Of a DNA stretch of 64,000 bases, positions 48,443 to 56,396 are shown piece after piece. Positions within the stretch are counted from its first letter, which is position 1. Every line of letters starts with the position of its first letter. This DNA comes from Bacteroidota bacterium (GTDB lineage Bacteria; Bacteroidota; Bacteroidia; Bacteroidales; WCHB1-69). The stretch lies in assembly GCA_009786185.1 (NCBI GenBank), contig WQTS01000142.1, positions 14,523 through 78,522 of the forward strand. The letters run 5' to 3'. A model generated the notes under the pieces. That model made no database searches. It saw only the letters and a program-made list of their open reading frames with translations, and was not told where the DNA came from. The position numbers were made by a program, and so were the translations under genes.

Positions 48443-48955
48443 ATGGCAAAAAGAGAAAAAAAGGTGGTTCACACCGGTGTAACCACAGAGCAAATGGAAA
48501 CAGCATTTGCAGACTACGCACGTTGCGATGCGCGTACTCAAAAAATCAATGCCCAAATGGACATTGAAATAATTAAAATTCGTGAAAAGTACGCCAACGA
48601 ATTAGGCGATTTGGCAGAAGCAAAACAAAAGGCTTTCGACATTCTACAGGTATACGCGACTGAAAATAAGGCGGAACTTTTTACCAAGAAAAAGAGTTTG
48701 GAAACTACGCACGGTGTGTTGGGCTTTAGAACCGGCACGCCAAAACTGAAAACACGAAAGGGTTTCACGTGGGCAGCAGTTACGGAACTATTGAAAGAGT
48801 TTTTACCCGATTATGTGCGCATTACAGAGGAGCCGGCAAAAGATATGCTGCTTTCAGATCGCGATTTGCCCGAAACAAAAGAGCTCTTCCCAAAAGTAGG
48901 AGTTTTCGTGGATCAGGATGAATCATTTTTTGTTGAACCGAAAAAAGAAGAGTAA
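48443..48955 (+). CDS. gam: Mu Gam-like host-nuclease inhibitor
   Basis: The coiled N-terminal region (FADYARCDARTQKINAQMDIEIIKIREKYANELGDL..) and the size fit the Gam family. The track ORF starts at 48395, but the ATG at 48443 (MAKREKK) avoids overlap. Confidence 0.65.
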   Translation: MAKREKKVVHTGVTTEQMETAFADYARCDARTQKINAQMDIEIIKIREKYANELGDLAEAKQKAFDILQVYATENKAELFTKKKSLETTHGVLGFRTGTPKLKTRKGFTWAAVTELLKEFLPDYVRITEEPAKDMLLSDRDLPETKELFPKVGVFVDQDESFFVEPKKEE

Positions 48956-48958
48956 AAT

Positions 48959-49429
48959 ATGAAAACATTACAAATTACCGAACAAACAGCGCGGAAACTA
49001 TACACTATAGCTTCTGCTGAATTTAAAGCAGTTCTTGAGGATACTTTTGGGAAAGATTTCTTCTCAATGAGTATAATGGATAGAATTAGATCCGTTGAGG
49101 ATGCGTGTGCAGAACTTGGTCAAAAGCCCGTTAATGAACCCTTGCTTAGGGATTCAGGTTTTACTGAAGATGAAATTATTTACAGAAAGCTAAAGATCGT
49201 TACCAAAGCCTTAAACGAGAATTGGGAGGCTGACTATGAGGATCCTAACCAAAAGAAGTGGTTCCCTTGGTTTAGCGTGTCTTCGGGCGCTTTCGTTTTC
49301 GGCGATGCGAATTACGCCTACTCGTATGCGAATGCGGGCGGCGCTTCTCGCCTTTGCTTTAAATCTGAGGAGTTGGCAGAATATGCCGGCAAGCAATTTA
49401 TAGAATTGTACAAAAAATTTATTCTTTAA
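48959..49429 (+). CDS. DGR target protein 1 (contains VR1)
   Basis: 156 aa with no signal peptide. Its C-terminal third carries the variable repeat: WFPWFSVSSGAFVFGDANYAYSYANAGGASRLCF. Confidence 0.85.
   Translation: MKTLQITEQTARKLYTIASAEFKAVLEDTFGKDFFSMSIMDRIRSVEDACAELGQKPVNEPLLRDSGFTEDEIIYRKLKIVTKALNENWEADYEDPNQKKWFPWFSVSSGAFVFGDANYAYSYANAGGASRLCFKSEELAEYAGKQFIELYKKFIL
49274..49352 (+). repeat. DGR variable repeat VR1
   Basis: 79 nt, identical to TR 49858-49936 at all 60 non-A positions. It has 10 differences, all at TR adenines. Confidence 0.9.
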
Positions 49430-49464
49430 TATTAACCGCCTTTTAGGCATAAAATCAATTTTTT

Positions 49465-49833
49465 ATGACAAACATTATTGAAAAAGTAAAAACATTTGAA
49501 GATGCGCAAGCATTGACCGGCAGGCCCAATGTTCCTGAATTTTTAGAACTTCCTGAAGATTTAAGAGAGTATTTTAAAGCTCATTACAAAATGGCAGTGA
49601 TTGCCGAAGCTTTAAACGAAGGCCGTAAATTGGATTGGGAAGATCCTAACCAAAAAAAGTGGTTCCCATGGTTTCGCGTGTCTTCGGGCGCTTTCGTTTT
49701 CGACGATACGAATTACTACTACTCGAGTGCGGATGCGGGCGACGCTTCTCGCCTTTGCTTTTCGTCAAGCGAGCTGGCAAGATATGCCGGGGAGCAATTC
49801 ATTGAAATTTGGGAAATAATAATTAAAAAGTAA
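49465..49833 (+). CDS. DGR target protein 2 (paralog of target 1; contains VR2)
   Basis: 122 aa; WFPWFRVSSGAFVFDDTNYYYSSADAGDASRLCF. It shares a conserved frame with target 1 (ALNE, W..DYEDPNQKKW, ELA.YAG.QFIE). Confidence 0.85.
   Translation: MTNIIEKVKTFEDAQALTGRPNVPEFLELPEDLREYFKAHYKMAVIAEALNEGRKLDWEDPNQKKWFPWFRVSSGAFVFDDTNYYYSSADAGDASRLCFSSSELARYAGEQFIEIWEIIIKK
49675..49753 (+). repeat. DGR variable repeat VR2
   Basis: 79 nt, identical to TR at all 60 non-A positions. It has 8 differences, all at TR adenines. Confidence 0.9.
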
Positions 49834-49857
49834 AAGTAAAAGGCTGTTTGGCTTTGA

Positions 49858-49936
49858 AGCGTGTCTTCGGGCGCTTTCGTTTTCAACGATACGAATTACA
49901 ACTACTCGAATGCGAATGCAGGCAACGCTTCTCACC
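49858..49936 (+). repeat. DGR template repeat (TR), non-coding
   Basis: This intergenic copy lies 108 nt upstream of the RT start. It has 19 adenines, mostly in AAC/AAT codons when read in the target frame. The homology ends at a G/T mismatch at 49937. Confidence 0.9.
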
Positions 49937-50044
49937 GATGCTAAAAATACAAAACAAAGCCAAAAGCCGTGCCACTTGGCAAAAAATAACAAACTCAAAA
50001 GGTGCTGGTAGGGAAACCGAAGGCTCCAATTAGATAAGCAAAGT

Positions 50045-51022
50045 ATGAAAAGGATAAACAACATTTATGACAAAGTATGCGAAATGGATAATCTGTATTT
50101 AGCATATCAAAAAGCGCGTAAAGGCAAAACCAATACTTATGGTGTCCGGCTCTTTGAGCGTGATTTGAATAATAATATGACGCAAATACATTCGGAATTG
50201 ATTTCAGGGCAATACAAAACATCTGAGTACAGCGTGTTCATGATACATGACCCAAAAGAGCGTGTTGTTTACCGCCTTCCCTTCCGGGACAGGATCGTTC
50301 ACCATGCTATTATGAATATTATTGAAGATACGTGGATAAAAATATTTATCTCAAACACATACTCATGTATAAAAGGTCGTGGCATACATGGTGCTTTAAA
50401 GCACTTGAAACGCGATTTAAAAAATGTTTCAACAACTAAATATTGTTTAAAGTTTGATATTAGAAAGTTTTATCCAAGCGTAAATCACGACATATTAAAA
50501 ACCATTATCAGGAAAAAGATAAAAGACGTAAAACTTTTATCGCTTCTTGATGAAATTATTGATTCCGCTCCGGGAGTTCCGATCGGCAATTATCTTTCAC
50601 AGTTTTTTGCTAATTTGTACCTGTCTTATTTTGACCATTGGCTAAAAGAAGAAAAGCGCGTGAAATATTACTATCGCTATGCGGATGATATTGTGATATT
50701 AGGGCACGATAAAGCCTATTTGCACGGGCTTCTTGTAGAAATCAATCATTACCTTGTAAACAACTTAAATCTATATATAAAGGATAACTACCAGGTATTT
50801 CCGGTAGAAGCTCGCGGCATTGATTTTGTGGGCTATGTATTTTATCATTCTCATATTCTAATGAGAAAAACAATTAAAAAGAATTTATGTAGAAAAGCAG
50901 CTGCTCTTAACAAAAAACGTATTCCCATGGATGAATATAAACATCGAATAGCACCACACCTCGGATGGGCTACACATTGCAATTCAAAACATCTTTTAAA
51001 AACCATTATACCACATGAATAA
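50045..51022 (+). CDS. DGR-type reverse transcriptase
   Basis: RT motifs include PIGNYLSQFFANLYL (the I/LGxxxSQ signature of DGR RTs) and YRYADDIVILG (YxDD). 325 aa with no maturase or endonuclease domains. Confidence 0.9.
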   Translation: MKRINNIYDKVCEMDNLYLAYQKARKGKTNTYGVRLFERDLNNNMTQIHSELISGQYKTSEYSVFMIHDPKERVVYRLPFRDRIVHHAIMNIIEDTWIKIFISNTYSCIKGRGIHGALKHLKRDLKNVSTTKYCLKFDIRKFYPSVNHDILKTIIRKKIKDVKLLSLLDEIIDSAPGVPIGNYLSQFFANLYLSYFDHWLKEEKRVKYYYRYADDIVILGHDKAYLHGLLVEINHYLVNNLNLYIKDNYQVFPVEARGIDFVGYVFYHSHILMRKTIKKNLCRKAAALNKKRIPMDEYKHRIAPHLGWATHCNSKHLLKTIIPHE

Positions 51023-51329
51023 ATTCTCTGATCTTGGCATTGAAATTGAAGAAAAAAACATTTACAACGTTACGCAGATAACTGTTGAAGATGTTTTGAA
51101 TTGTGAAATAAGAGTTATTGATTTTCAAGCAAACGTAAAAACGAGGCACGGAGACGGTAGATGTGTATTATTAATTGAATCTGATGGAGTTAAAAAGAAG
51201 TTTTTTACCAATGCAAGCCAATTAAAAGAGGTTTTGGATAAAATACCTAAAGAGAAGTTCCCATTCTCAACAACAATAAAGCAACAACGTTTCGGTAATG
51301 GAAACGGTAAAACATATTATTTCACTTAA
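51015..51329 (+). CDS. Hypothetical protein overlapping the RT stop (candidate DGR accessory)
   Basis: 104 aa with an 8-nt overlap with the RT gene. It looks beta-rich, unlike the helical and basic Avd. Confidence 0.5.
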   Translation: MNKFSDLGIEIEEKNIYNVTQITVEDVLNCEIRVIDFQANVKTRHGDGRCVLLIESDGVKKKFFTNASQLKEVLDKIPKEKFPFSTTIKQQRFGNGNGKTYYFT

Positions 51330-51347
51330 AACGAAATTATTTTAACA

Positions 51348-52172
51348 ATGGAAAATAAACGCATCATTCGTGTGTTTCCTCGAAAAACAAAAGCAACTCC
51401 TGACGATGAGAACGTAAGGATTAATTGCAAACCTGTGATGTTTGATAGAGCTGATGAAGTACATATATCTGTTACATTCACATGGGATTTAAAGCGCGCC
51501 GAATATTTGTATAATCAATGGCGATGGGCAGGATTTAACACAAAGATAGGCGGTGTTGCATTTGGACAACCAAGCGGAGAGTTTGTGCCTGGATTGTATC
51601 TAAAAAAAGGATATGTGATTACTTCGCGCGGCTGCCCGAATAAATGTTGGTTCTGTAATGTTCATAAAGTACAAGGCGATTTAATAGAATTGCCGATTGT
51701 TGAAGGCTATATTATTCAGGATGACAACTTACTTGCATGTTCTGAACATCATATAAACGCCGTTTTTGAAATGCTCAAGAGACAAAAAGAGCGACCGGTT
51801 TTTGCAGGTGGCTTGGAAGCAAAACTGTTAACGCAAGAAATGGCCTTTCGGTTGAAAGAACTTAATCCAGCTTCACTGTTTTTTGCCTATGACACAAAGG
51901 ACGATTACGAGCCGCTTATACAAGCAGGAAAATATCTAACAGAAGCAGGATTTAAAAAGAATGATATTGTGAGATGTTACGTATTAATCGGCTATCAAGG
52001 CGATACTTTTGAAAAAGCTGAAAAGCGTTTGCGTGAAGCGTGGGCTGCAGGCTTTTTTCCTTTTGCAATGCTTTATAGAGATGAAAAGGGTTGTATGGAA
52101 AAAGAATGGAGGCAATTTCAGAGACTTTATGCAAATTCATATATTACAGGCTCAATTTTACGAAAAAAATAA
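51348..52172 (+). CDS. Radical SAM-like protein (phage-encoded)
   Basis: SRGCPNKCWFCNV is a CxxxCxxC cluster motif, followed by an alpha/beta-like region. No closer assignment is possible by eye. Confidence 0.55.
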   Translation: MENKRIIRVFPRKTKATPDDENVRINCKPVMFDRADEVHISVTFTWDLKRAEYLYNQWRWAGFNTKIGGVAFGQPSGEFVPGLYLKKGYVITSRGCPNKCWFCNVHKVQGDLIELPIVEGYIIQDDNLLACSEHHINAVFEMLKRQKERPVFAGGLEAKLLTQEMAFRLKELNPASLFFAYDTKDDYEPLIQAGKYLTEAGFKKNDIVRCYVLIGYQGDTFEKAEKRLREAWAAGFFPFAMLYRDEKGCMEKEWRQFQRLYANSYITGSILRKK

Positions 52173-52180
52173 AACAAACA

Positions 52181-52465
52181 ATGAAAGTCTATATTGCCGG
52201 TAAAGTAACAGGATTAAACCTTGCGGACGCTTTTGTGAAGTTCGGTACAGCGGAATTTCAACTGAAGCAAGCCGGGTATGATGTTGTTAACCCGATGCGG
52301 ATCTGCTCTCAAAGTTGGAGTTGGGAAAAGTGTATGAAGGCATGTATAATGGGGCTGGTGCAATGCGATGCCATTTACCTGCTTCCGGATTGGAAAGAAA
52401 GTGAGGGAGCGAGATTAGAATATTACATTGCGAAAAAACTTAAACTAAAAATAATAACATTATGA
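52181..52465 (+). CDS. DUF4406 (nucleoside 2-deoxyribosyltransferase-like) protein
   Basis: MKVYIAGKVTG...VVNP...CDAIYLLPDWKESEGARLEYYIAKKL. The track ORF starts at 52091, but the ATG at 52181 fits the family N-terminus. Confidence 0.6.
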   Translation: MKVYIAGKVTGLNLADAFVKFGTAEFQLKQAGYDVVNPMRICSQSWSWEKCMKACIMGLVQCDAIYLLPDWKESEGARLEYYIAKKLKLKIITL

Positions 52466-52911
52466 TAAAATATATTATTACTTCAGAAGCCTTTACCGGT
52501 GAGGCGCTCCTTTTCTACGATGATAACGCTGAGCGTCCAATATTTAATTGCCTTAATACCAACATGAGCGCGGGGCAGCATAAGTGGCTCATGTGTTGGA
52601 TCTGCGAAAATGCGATCACTCAAAGTGCGCTTATGCAAACGCTAAGCAACTCGAAAACCGACATTGGAAGTCTCAAATTTAAACAAGTGCATTTTGAGCC
52701 AACCTTTGTCGATTTTTGGACAGCATACTTTAAAAACAGACATAAAGATAACAGCAGCAAGAAAACAGCGGAAAAGCGTTGGGAAAAAATGACAAAAAGC
52801 GGACAGCTGGCAGCCTATAACTATGTGCCGCGCTATTTCCTGCAAATTCCTGCAGGGACGCAGACAAAACTGGCAGAAACATATTTAAGCAGCGAAGTTT
52901 GGGTTAGGTAA
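52462..52911 (+). CDS. Hypothetical phage protein
   Basis: 149-aa ORF with a 4-nt overlap with the upstream gene. Confidence 0.45.
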   Translation: MIKYIITSEAFTGEALLFYDDNAERPIFNCLNTNMSAGQHKWLMCWICENAITQSALMQTLSNSKTDIGSLKFKQVHFEPTFVDFWTAYFKNRHKDNSSKKTAEKRWEKMTKSGQLAAYNYVPRYFLQIPAGTQTKLAETYLSSEVWVR

Positions 52912-52939
52912 AATTACGAATTAACAGTTACGAATACCA

Positions 52940-53284
52940 ATGACAACAAAAATTAAGATAAAGCTCACGCGAACTGAGTACGAGGTAATAAGAACGTATG
53001 TTCTTCACGCTTCATACAATCTTGATGTTGCCGATGCGCGTTCGCTCTATGAAAAGGAAACGCTGGAGGTGCTTAGCACAAGATTTGAAGCTAAAACGTA
53101 CAAATATCAGAAAAGCTACAATTTCAGTTTTTCAATTGCTGAAATGGTAGTTTTTATGAAACACATAGGCGAAGCAATGCAGTTGAATGGTAGCTACGAA
53201 AGGGCAGTTTATGGTTTATTATACACCCAACAGATAGCTCCACAAATTACAAATGCTGTACAAATGAGAATGAGTTTTAAATAA
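52940..53284 (+). CDS. Hypothetical phage protein
   Basis: 114-aa ORF in the operon context. Confidence 0.4.
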   Translation: MTTKIKIKLTRTEYEVIRTYVLHASYNLDVADARSLYEKETLEVLSTRFEAKTYKYQKSYNFSFSIAEMVVFMKHIGEAMQLNGSYERAVYGLLYTQQIAPQITNAVQMRMSFK

Positions 53285-53302
53285 CATTAAAATACTATTG
53301 AA

Positions 53303-53575
53303 ATGGCAAAAAAGGGTTATAACCGGCTAAATTACCTCAAGCATTGCAAGATCGTTATTGATATTGTGAATGCGCATTACAGGGTTGGTTATACTACATA
53401 CTCTGGTATTTTTAGAACCTTTGTAGAACCGTTTTACCCAATGAGCTATAAATCGTTTATGAAAATCATAAATATGCCAAGTATTGATAAACAAATTGAA
53501 AGGGAGTTGGAGCGTATTGGAAAACCAACTCCTGAAGTCGAAAAAAACAACCTGAATCAGTTAGAATTATTTTAG
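53303..53575 (+). CDS. Hypothetical phage protein
   Basis: 90-aa ORF in the operon context. Confidence 0.4.
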   Translation: MAKKGYNRLNYLKHCKIVIDIVNAHYRVGYTTYSGIFRTFVEPFYPMSYKSFMKIINMPSIDKQIERELERIGKPTPEVEKNNLNQLELF

Positions 53576-53620
53576 ACAAAAAGTGTAATTTTGCAGCGAA
53601 TATTTATTAAATGTATAGTT

Positions 53621-54121
53621 ATGTGGATTATAATAGTAATAGCATTGATTATTGTAGCATTTTGTTATTTCATGTATGTTACAAGTAAAAAAAACAAAGA
53701 AAAATTAAGAGAAAAAGGATTCAACCCCGATGGCTTAGTGCTAAATGTTAAATATATGTGCGGGCATCCTGACTTAAATGAACCCGTAACAACCCATTTG
53801 GGATTAAAAGATGGAGGTATTTATCTTGTACAAAATTTTGGAGTAGAATTGGCCACTATTCCCGAAAACAAAATTAAAAATATTTATGTTGAAGATTCAA
53901 CAACCATACAGCACCGTCCCACTGTAGTGCGTTTTTTAGCATTGGGATTATTAGCGTTTGCATGGCAAAAGAAAAAGAAAGATGAACAAGCTTATTTAGG
54001 AATAGAGTGGAATGATGGTCGTTTTGACCATGATACTATTTTTGAGTTTGAAGGTGTGGACTCAGTAATGCGTGCAAATACTGCTCGCAATAAATTAATT
54101 CAACAGATTAGGAAACAATAA
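53621..54121 (+). CDS. Phage membrane protein (single N-terminal TM)
   Basis: MWIIIVIALIIVAFCYFMYV forms a TM helix. The track ORF starts at a TTG at 53591. Confidence 0.45.
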   Translation: MWIIIVIALIIVAFCYFMYVTSKKNKEKLREKGFNPDGLVLNVKYMCGHPDLNEPVTTHLGLKDGGIYLVQNFGVELATIPENKIKNIYVEDSTTIQHRPTVVRFLALGLLAFAWQKKKKDEQAYLGIEWNDGRFDHDTIFEFEGVDSVMRANTARNKLIQQIRKQ

Positions 54122-54123
54122 AA

Positions 54124-54150
54124 AAGCCCCAAGTCGGGGCTTTTTTATTT
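54124..54150. terminator. Bidirectional rho-independent terminator between convergent phage modules
   Basis: AAAAAGCCCC-AAGTC-GGGGCTTTTTT. Confidence 0.75.
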
Positions 54151-54153
54151 ATT

Positions 54154-54627
54154 TTATTCAATTTCTACTATGATTTTCGGCGTTACCTGTACGGGAATTG
54201 TATTTGTTTTTTTATGCTCGCGCCAACCGGATACATAGACTACCCTGTATATTTCATAACCAGCAGCGGCATCTATTTTTTTTAGTTTTACGCGAATTAA
54301 CGGTTGAAGCTCTCCATTGGTATAGCCGTGTAAACTGTCGTGTATTTTATTAACAATATCAAAAATAGCGTAGGAATCCTCTTTGCGTGGTGCTTTGTGG
54401 GAACTACGTGTATTTTTAGCATTGGCAATAGTAATTTCAATCGCTCCATCTGCGTCTTGTGCCAACATGCCTAATTGTCCGTAATCCACTTCAGCAATAT
54501 CTAACAGCGCACAGGGGAACTTAACTGGTGGCTGCTCATACAGTAGCTGCCCCCAGTTCTTGTCAATGTGCTTTAGCTCCGGTATTTTGGATAGCTCTCC
54601 TTGAATAGATAGAAAAATGTCTTTCAT
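54154..54627 (-). CDS. Phage structural/neck-type hypothetical protein
   Basis: 157-aa ORF at the end of the leftward head-morphogenesis block. Confidence 0.4.
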   Translation of the reverse strand: MKDIFLSIQGELSKIPELKHIDKNWGQLLYEQPPVKFPCALLDIAEVDYGQLGMLAQDADGAIEITIANAKNTRSSHKAPRKEDSYAIFDIVNKIHDSLHGYTNGELQPLIRVKLKKIDAAAGYEIYRVVYVSGWREHKKTNTIPVQVTPKIIVEIE

Positions 54628-54638
54628 AATGTTAATGG

Positions 54639-55052
54639 TTAATGATTTGCTTTTTGTACAATGTCTTGTGTTGCTTCTTCCATAGCTTGCTTTGCGATAC
54701 GTTCAATGGTTTTTTCCATGCCGGTATATTCGCCGATAAATTGGCGTTGTGGTAAATTCATTTTGCGTGTAAACTTTTTCCCTTTTTTGCTTTTTACTCT
54801 TACGTTTTTATTTACCCCTTCGTTGTGAGCGCTTGCGTATGGAGTTGACGATGTAAATATGATTTCATCTCCCTCAATATGTGGTTTGATGGAGCGCCTC
54901 AGGGCTCCTGTATTGTTTAAATGCGTTGCGCTACCATCTTTTCTTTTTTGCCATTTTTTACCAAAAAATCCGCCCTGTGAAAAGTTTTGGTCGAACTTGT
55001 CGGTGAGTTCTACTTTTAAATCTTTAAGAATTTTTTGAAGGATTTTATCCAT
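54639..55052 (-). CDS. Phage virion morphogenesis protein (Mu gpG-like)
   Basis: NNTGALRRSI and YASAHNEGV resemble the gpG/tail-completion family. It lies just after MuF. Confidence 0.45.
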   Translation of the reverse strand: MDKILQKILKDLKVELTDKFDQNFSQGGFFGKKWQKRKDGSATHLNNTGALRRSIKPHIEGDEIIFTSSTPYASAHNEGVNKNVRVKSKKGKKFTRKMNLPQRQFIGEYTGMEKTIERIAKQAMEEATQDIVQKANH

Positions 55053-55149
55053 TTTTGGTTTATGTATATTTTTTTTATATTTTTGCAGTCTGAAACAGTA
55101 AAGGAATGTGGTACCTGAGCCTTGAGCCTAATTCCACGCCGGTACTGTT

Positions 55150-56325
55150 TTATTTTTTTATGCTATTGGTTATCGAATATAAGAACCTGCTTATATCATA
55201 CCTGCCATCATTATCCATTTTTACTCTTTCCGCTACGTTATAGTACAGTTCCTTATTTTTATCTTTAAAGTAATAGAACTTTGTAATATCGTCTTTACGT
55301 TTTTTGCTTAGCTCTGCCGATTTTACAAAAACCGATTTTCTCAAAGATGTATTTAGTTTTTTCAAGTCGTTTTTACTCACTCCTTCCACGCGCATAATCG
55401 TATCGCTGTACAAGTGTTTGTTTCCTTTTTTTGTAAAACCAATAGAAATACTACCGCCATCAATTCTCTTTACGACCTTTTTATCAAGCAGTATTTCCAT
55501 TTCTTTCAGGTATTTTTCACGTTCAATAGTGGCTGCTGTTTTTTCTACAATTTTTTCCAATACTTGCTTCACTATTTCCGGTGCCTTGTAATATGGATGC
55601 TTTGGCGGGAAGATTTTTTCCTGCGCTCCCGGATTAAATCGGAATATTTGTTTTTTAAGTGGATCGGTCATGGCGTTGCCTCTTGCGATTGCCTTTTCGG
55701 AATCGCTTTGCGGATATTTTCCTTTGCGCACCTGTACGGTAGTGCAGCGGCAGTTCCAACCGTTCGGCGGCAGGTAAGACTTCCAAAACGGATCGGATTG
55801 TGGTAGTGTGATTCCGTTGAGTGCTGCGTGCTCTTCACGCACACGATCGTCTCCGGCGGTTCTGTACTGCAAATCGTAATCGTCGCCGTCTGCTTCCCAT
55901 TCTTTCCATTTTACCGCCATTTGCGAGGATGCTGTGGCAAAGTTATATTCGGCATTCAAATAGTTGCGGTTGTAGGTATCGTCTATCTTTTCAACGTCTT
56001 TTAAAAATTGTTTAAACGGTTTAAAATTGCCGTTTTCATCCTTGAGCAATTTGGAGGCTTCCACCAGTTCATGGTGGGTTTTGAAGCCTGAGAAAAAGAA
56101 AATGTTGTTTTCTAATGCGGCGGTTAATTCTGCCGGTATTTCCTGTTTAACAGACAGGTTTTTTAAGGGAGTGCTTAAAATACGGCAAATTTCATCAATG
56201 GCGGCGCGTGGCTCCGGTTCTGCCAGGTATTCGGGTTTATAGTCTTTTTTTGAATGGAGCCACTGGGTTAAAGTTTTCCAAGTTTTTGAGCTATATTCTA
56301 AGGACTTTGAGGACAATTGAGACAC
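55150..56325 (-). CDS. Mu F-like minor head protein (SPP1 gp7 family)
   Basis: YRTAGDDRVREEHAALNG...PPNGWNCRCT is the signature of the family. Confidence 0.8.
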   Translation of the reverse strand: MSQLSSKSLEYSSKTWKTLTQWLHSKKDYKPEYLAEPEPRAAIDEICRILSTPLKNLSVKQEIPAELTAALENNIFFFSGFKTHHELVEASKLLKDENGNFKPFKQFLKDVEKIDDTYNRNYLNAEYNFATASSQMAVKWKEWEADGDDYDLQYRTAGDDRVREEHAALNGITLPQSDPFWKSYLPPNGWNCRCTTVQVRKGKYPQSDSEKAIARGNAMTDPLKKQIFRFNPGAQEKIFPPKHPYYKAPEIVKQVLEKIVEKTAATIEREKYLKEMEILLDKKVVKRIDGGSISIGFTKKGNKHLYSDTIMRVEGVSKNDLKKLNTSLRKSVFVKSAELSKKRKDDITKFYYFKDKNKELYYNVAERVKMDNDGRYDISRFLYSITNSIKK

Positions 56326-56396
56326 ATTGGAAGTTGTATTGTAGAGATTTTGTAGTGCAGCGTGGAAGTCATTATATCCCCGCGTTTGGGCGGGGA

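Noticed and set aside
49848-50033. A 61-aa plus-strand ORF in the track, between DGR target 2 and the RT.
   Set aside because: It overlaps the DGR template repeat in a frame different from the target frame and continues into the A-rich TR-RT spacer. It is best explained as non-coding TR RNA, not a protein.
50045-51022. The RT could be a retron or a group II intron RT.
   Set aside because: The IGNYLSQ motif, the adjacent TR with A-only mismatches to two VRs, the lack of maturase or endonuclease domains and the lack of msr/msd-like flanking repeats all point to a DGR.
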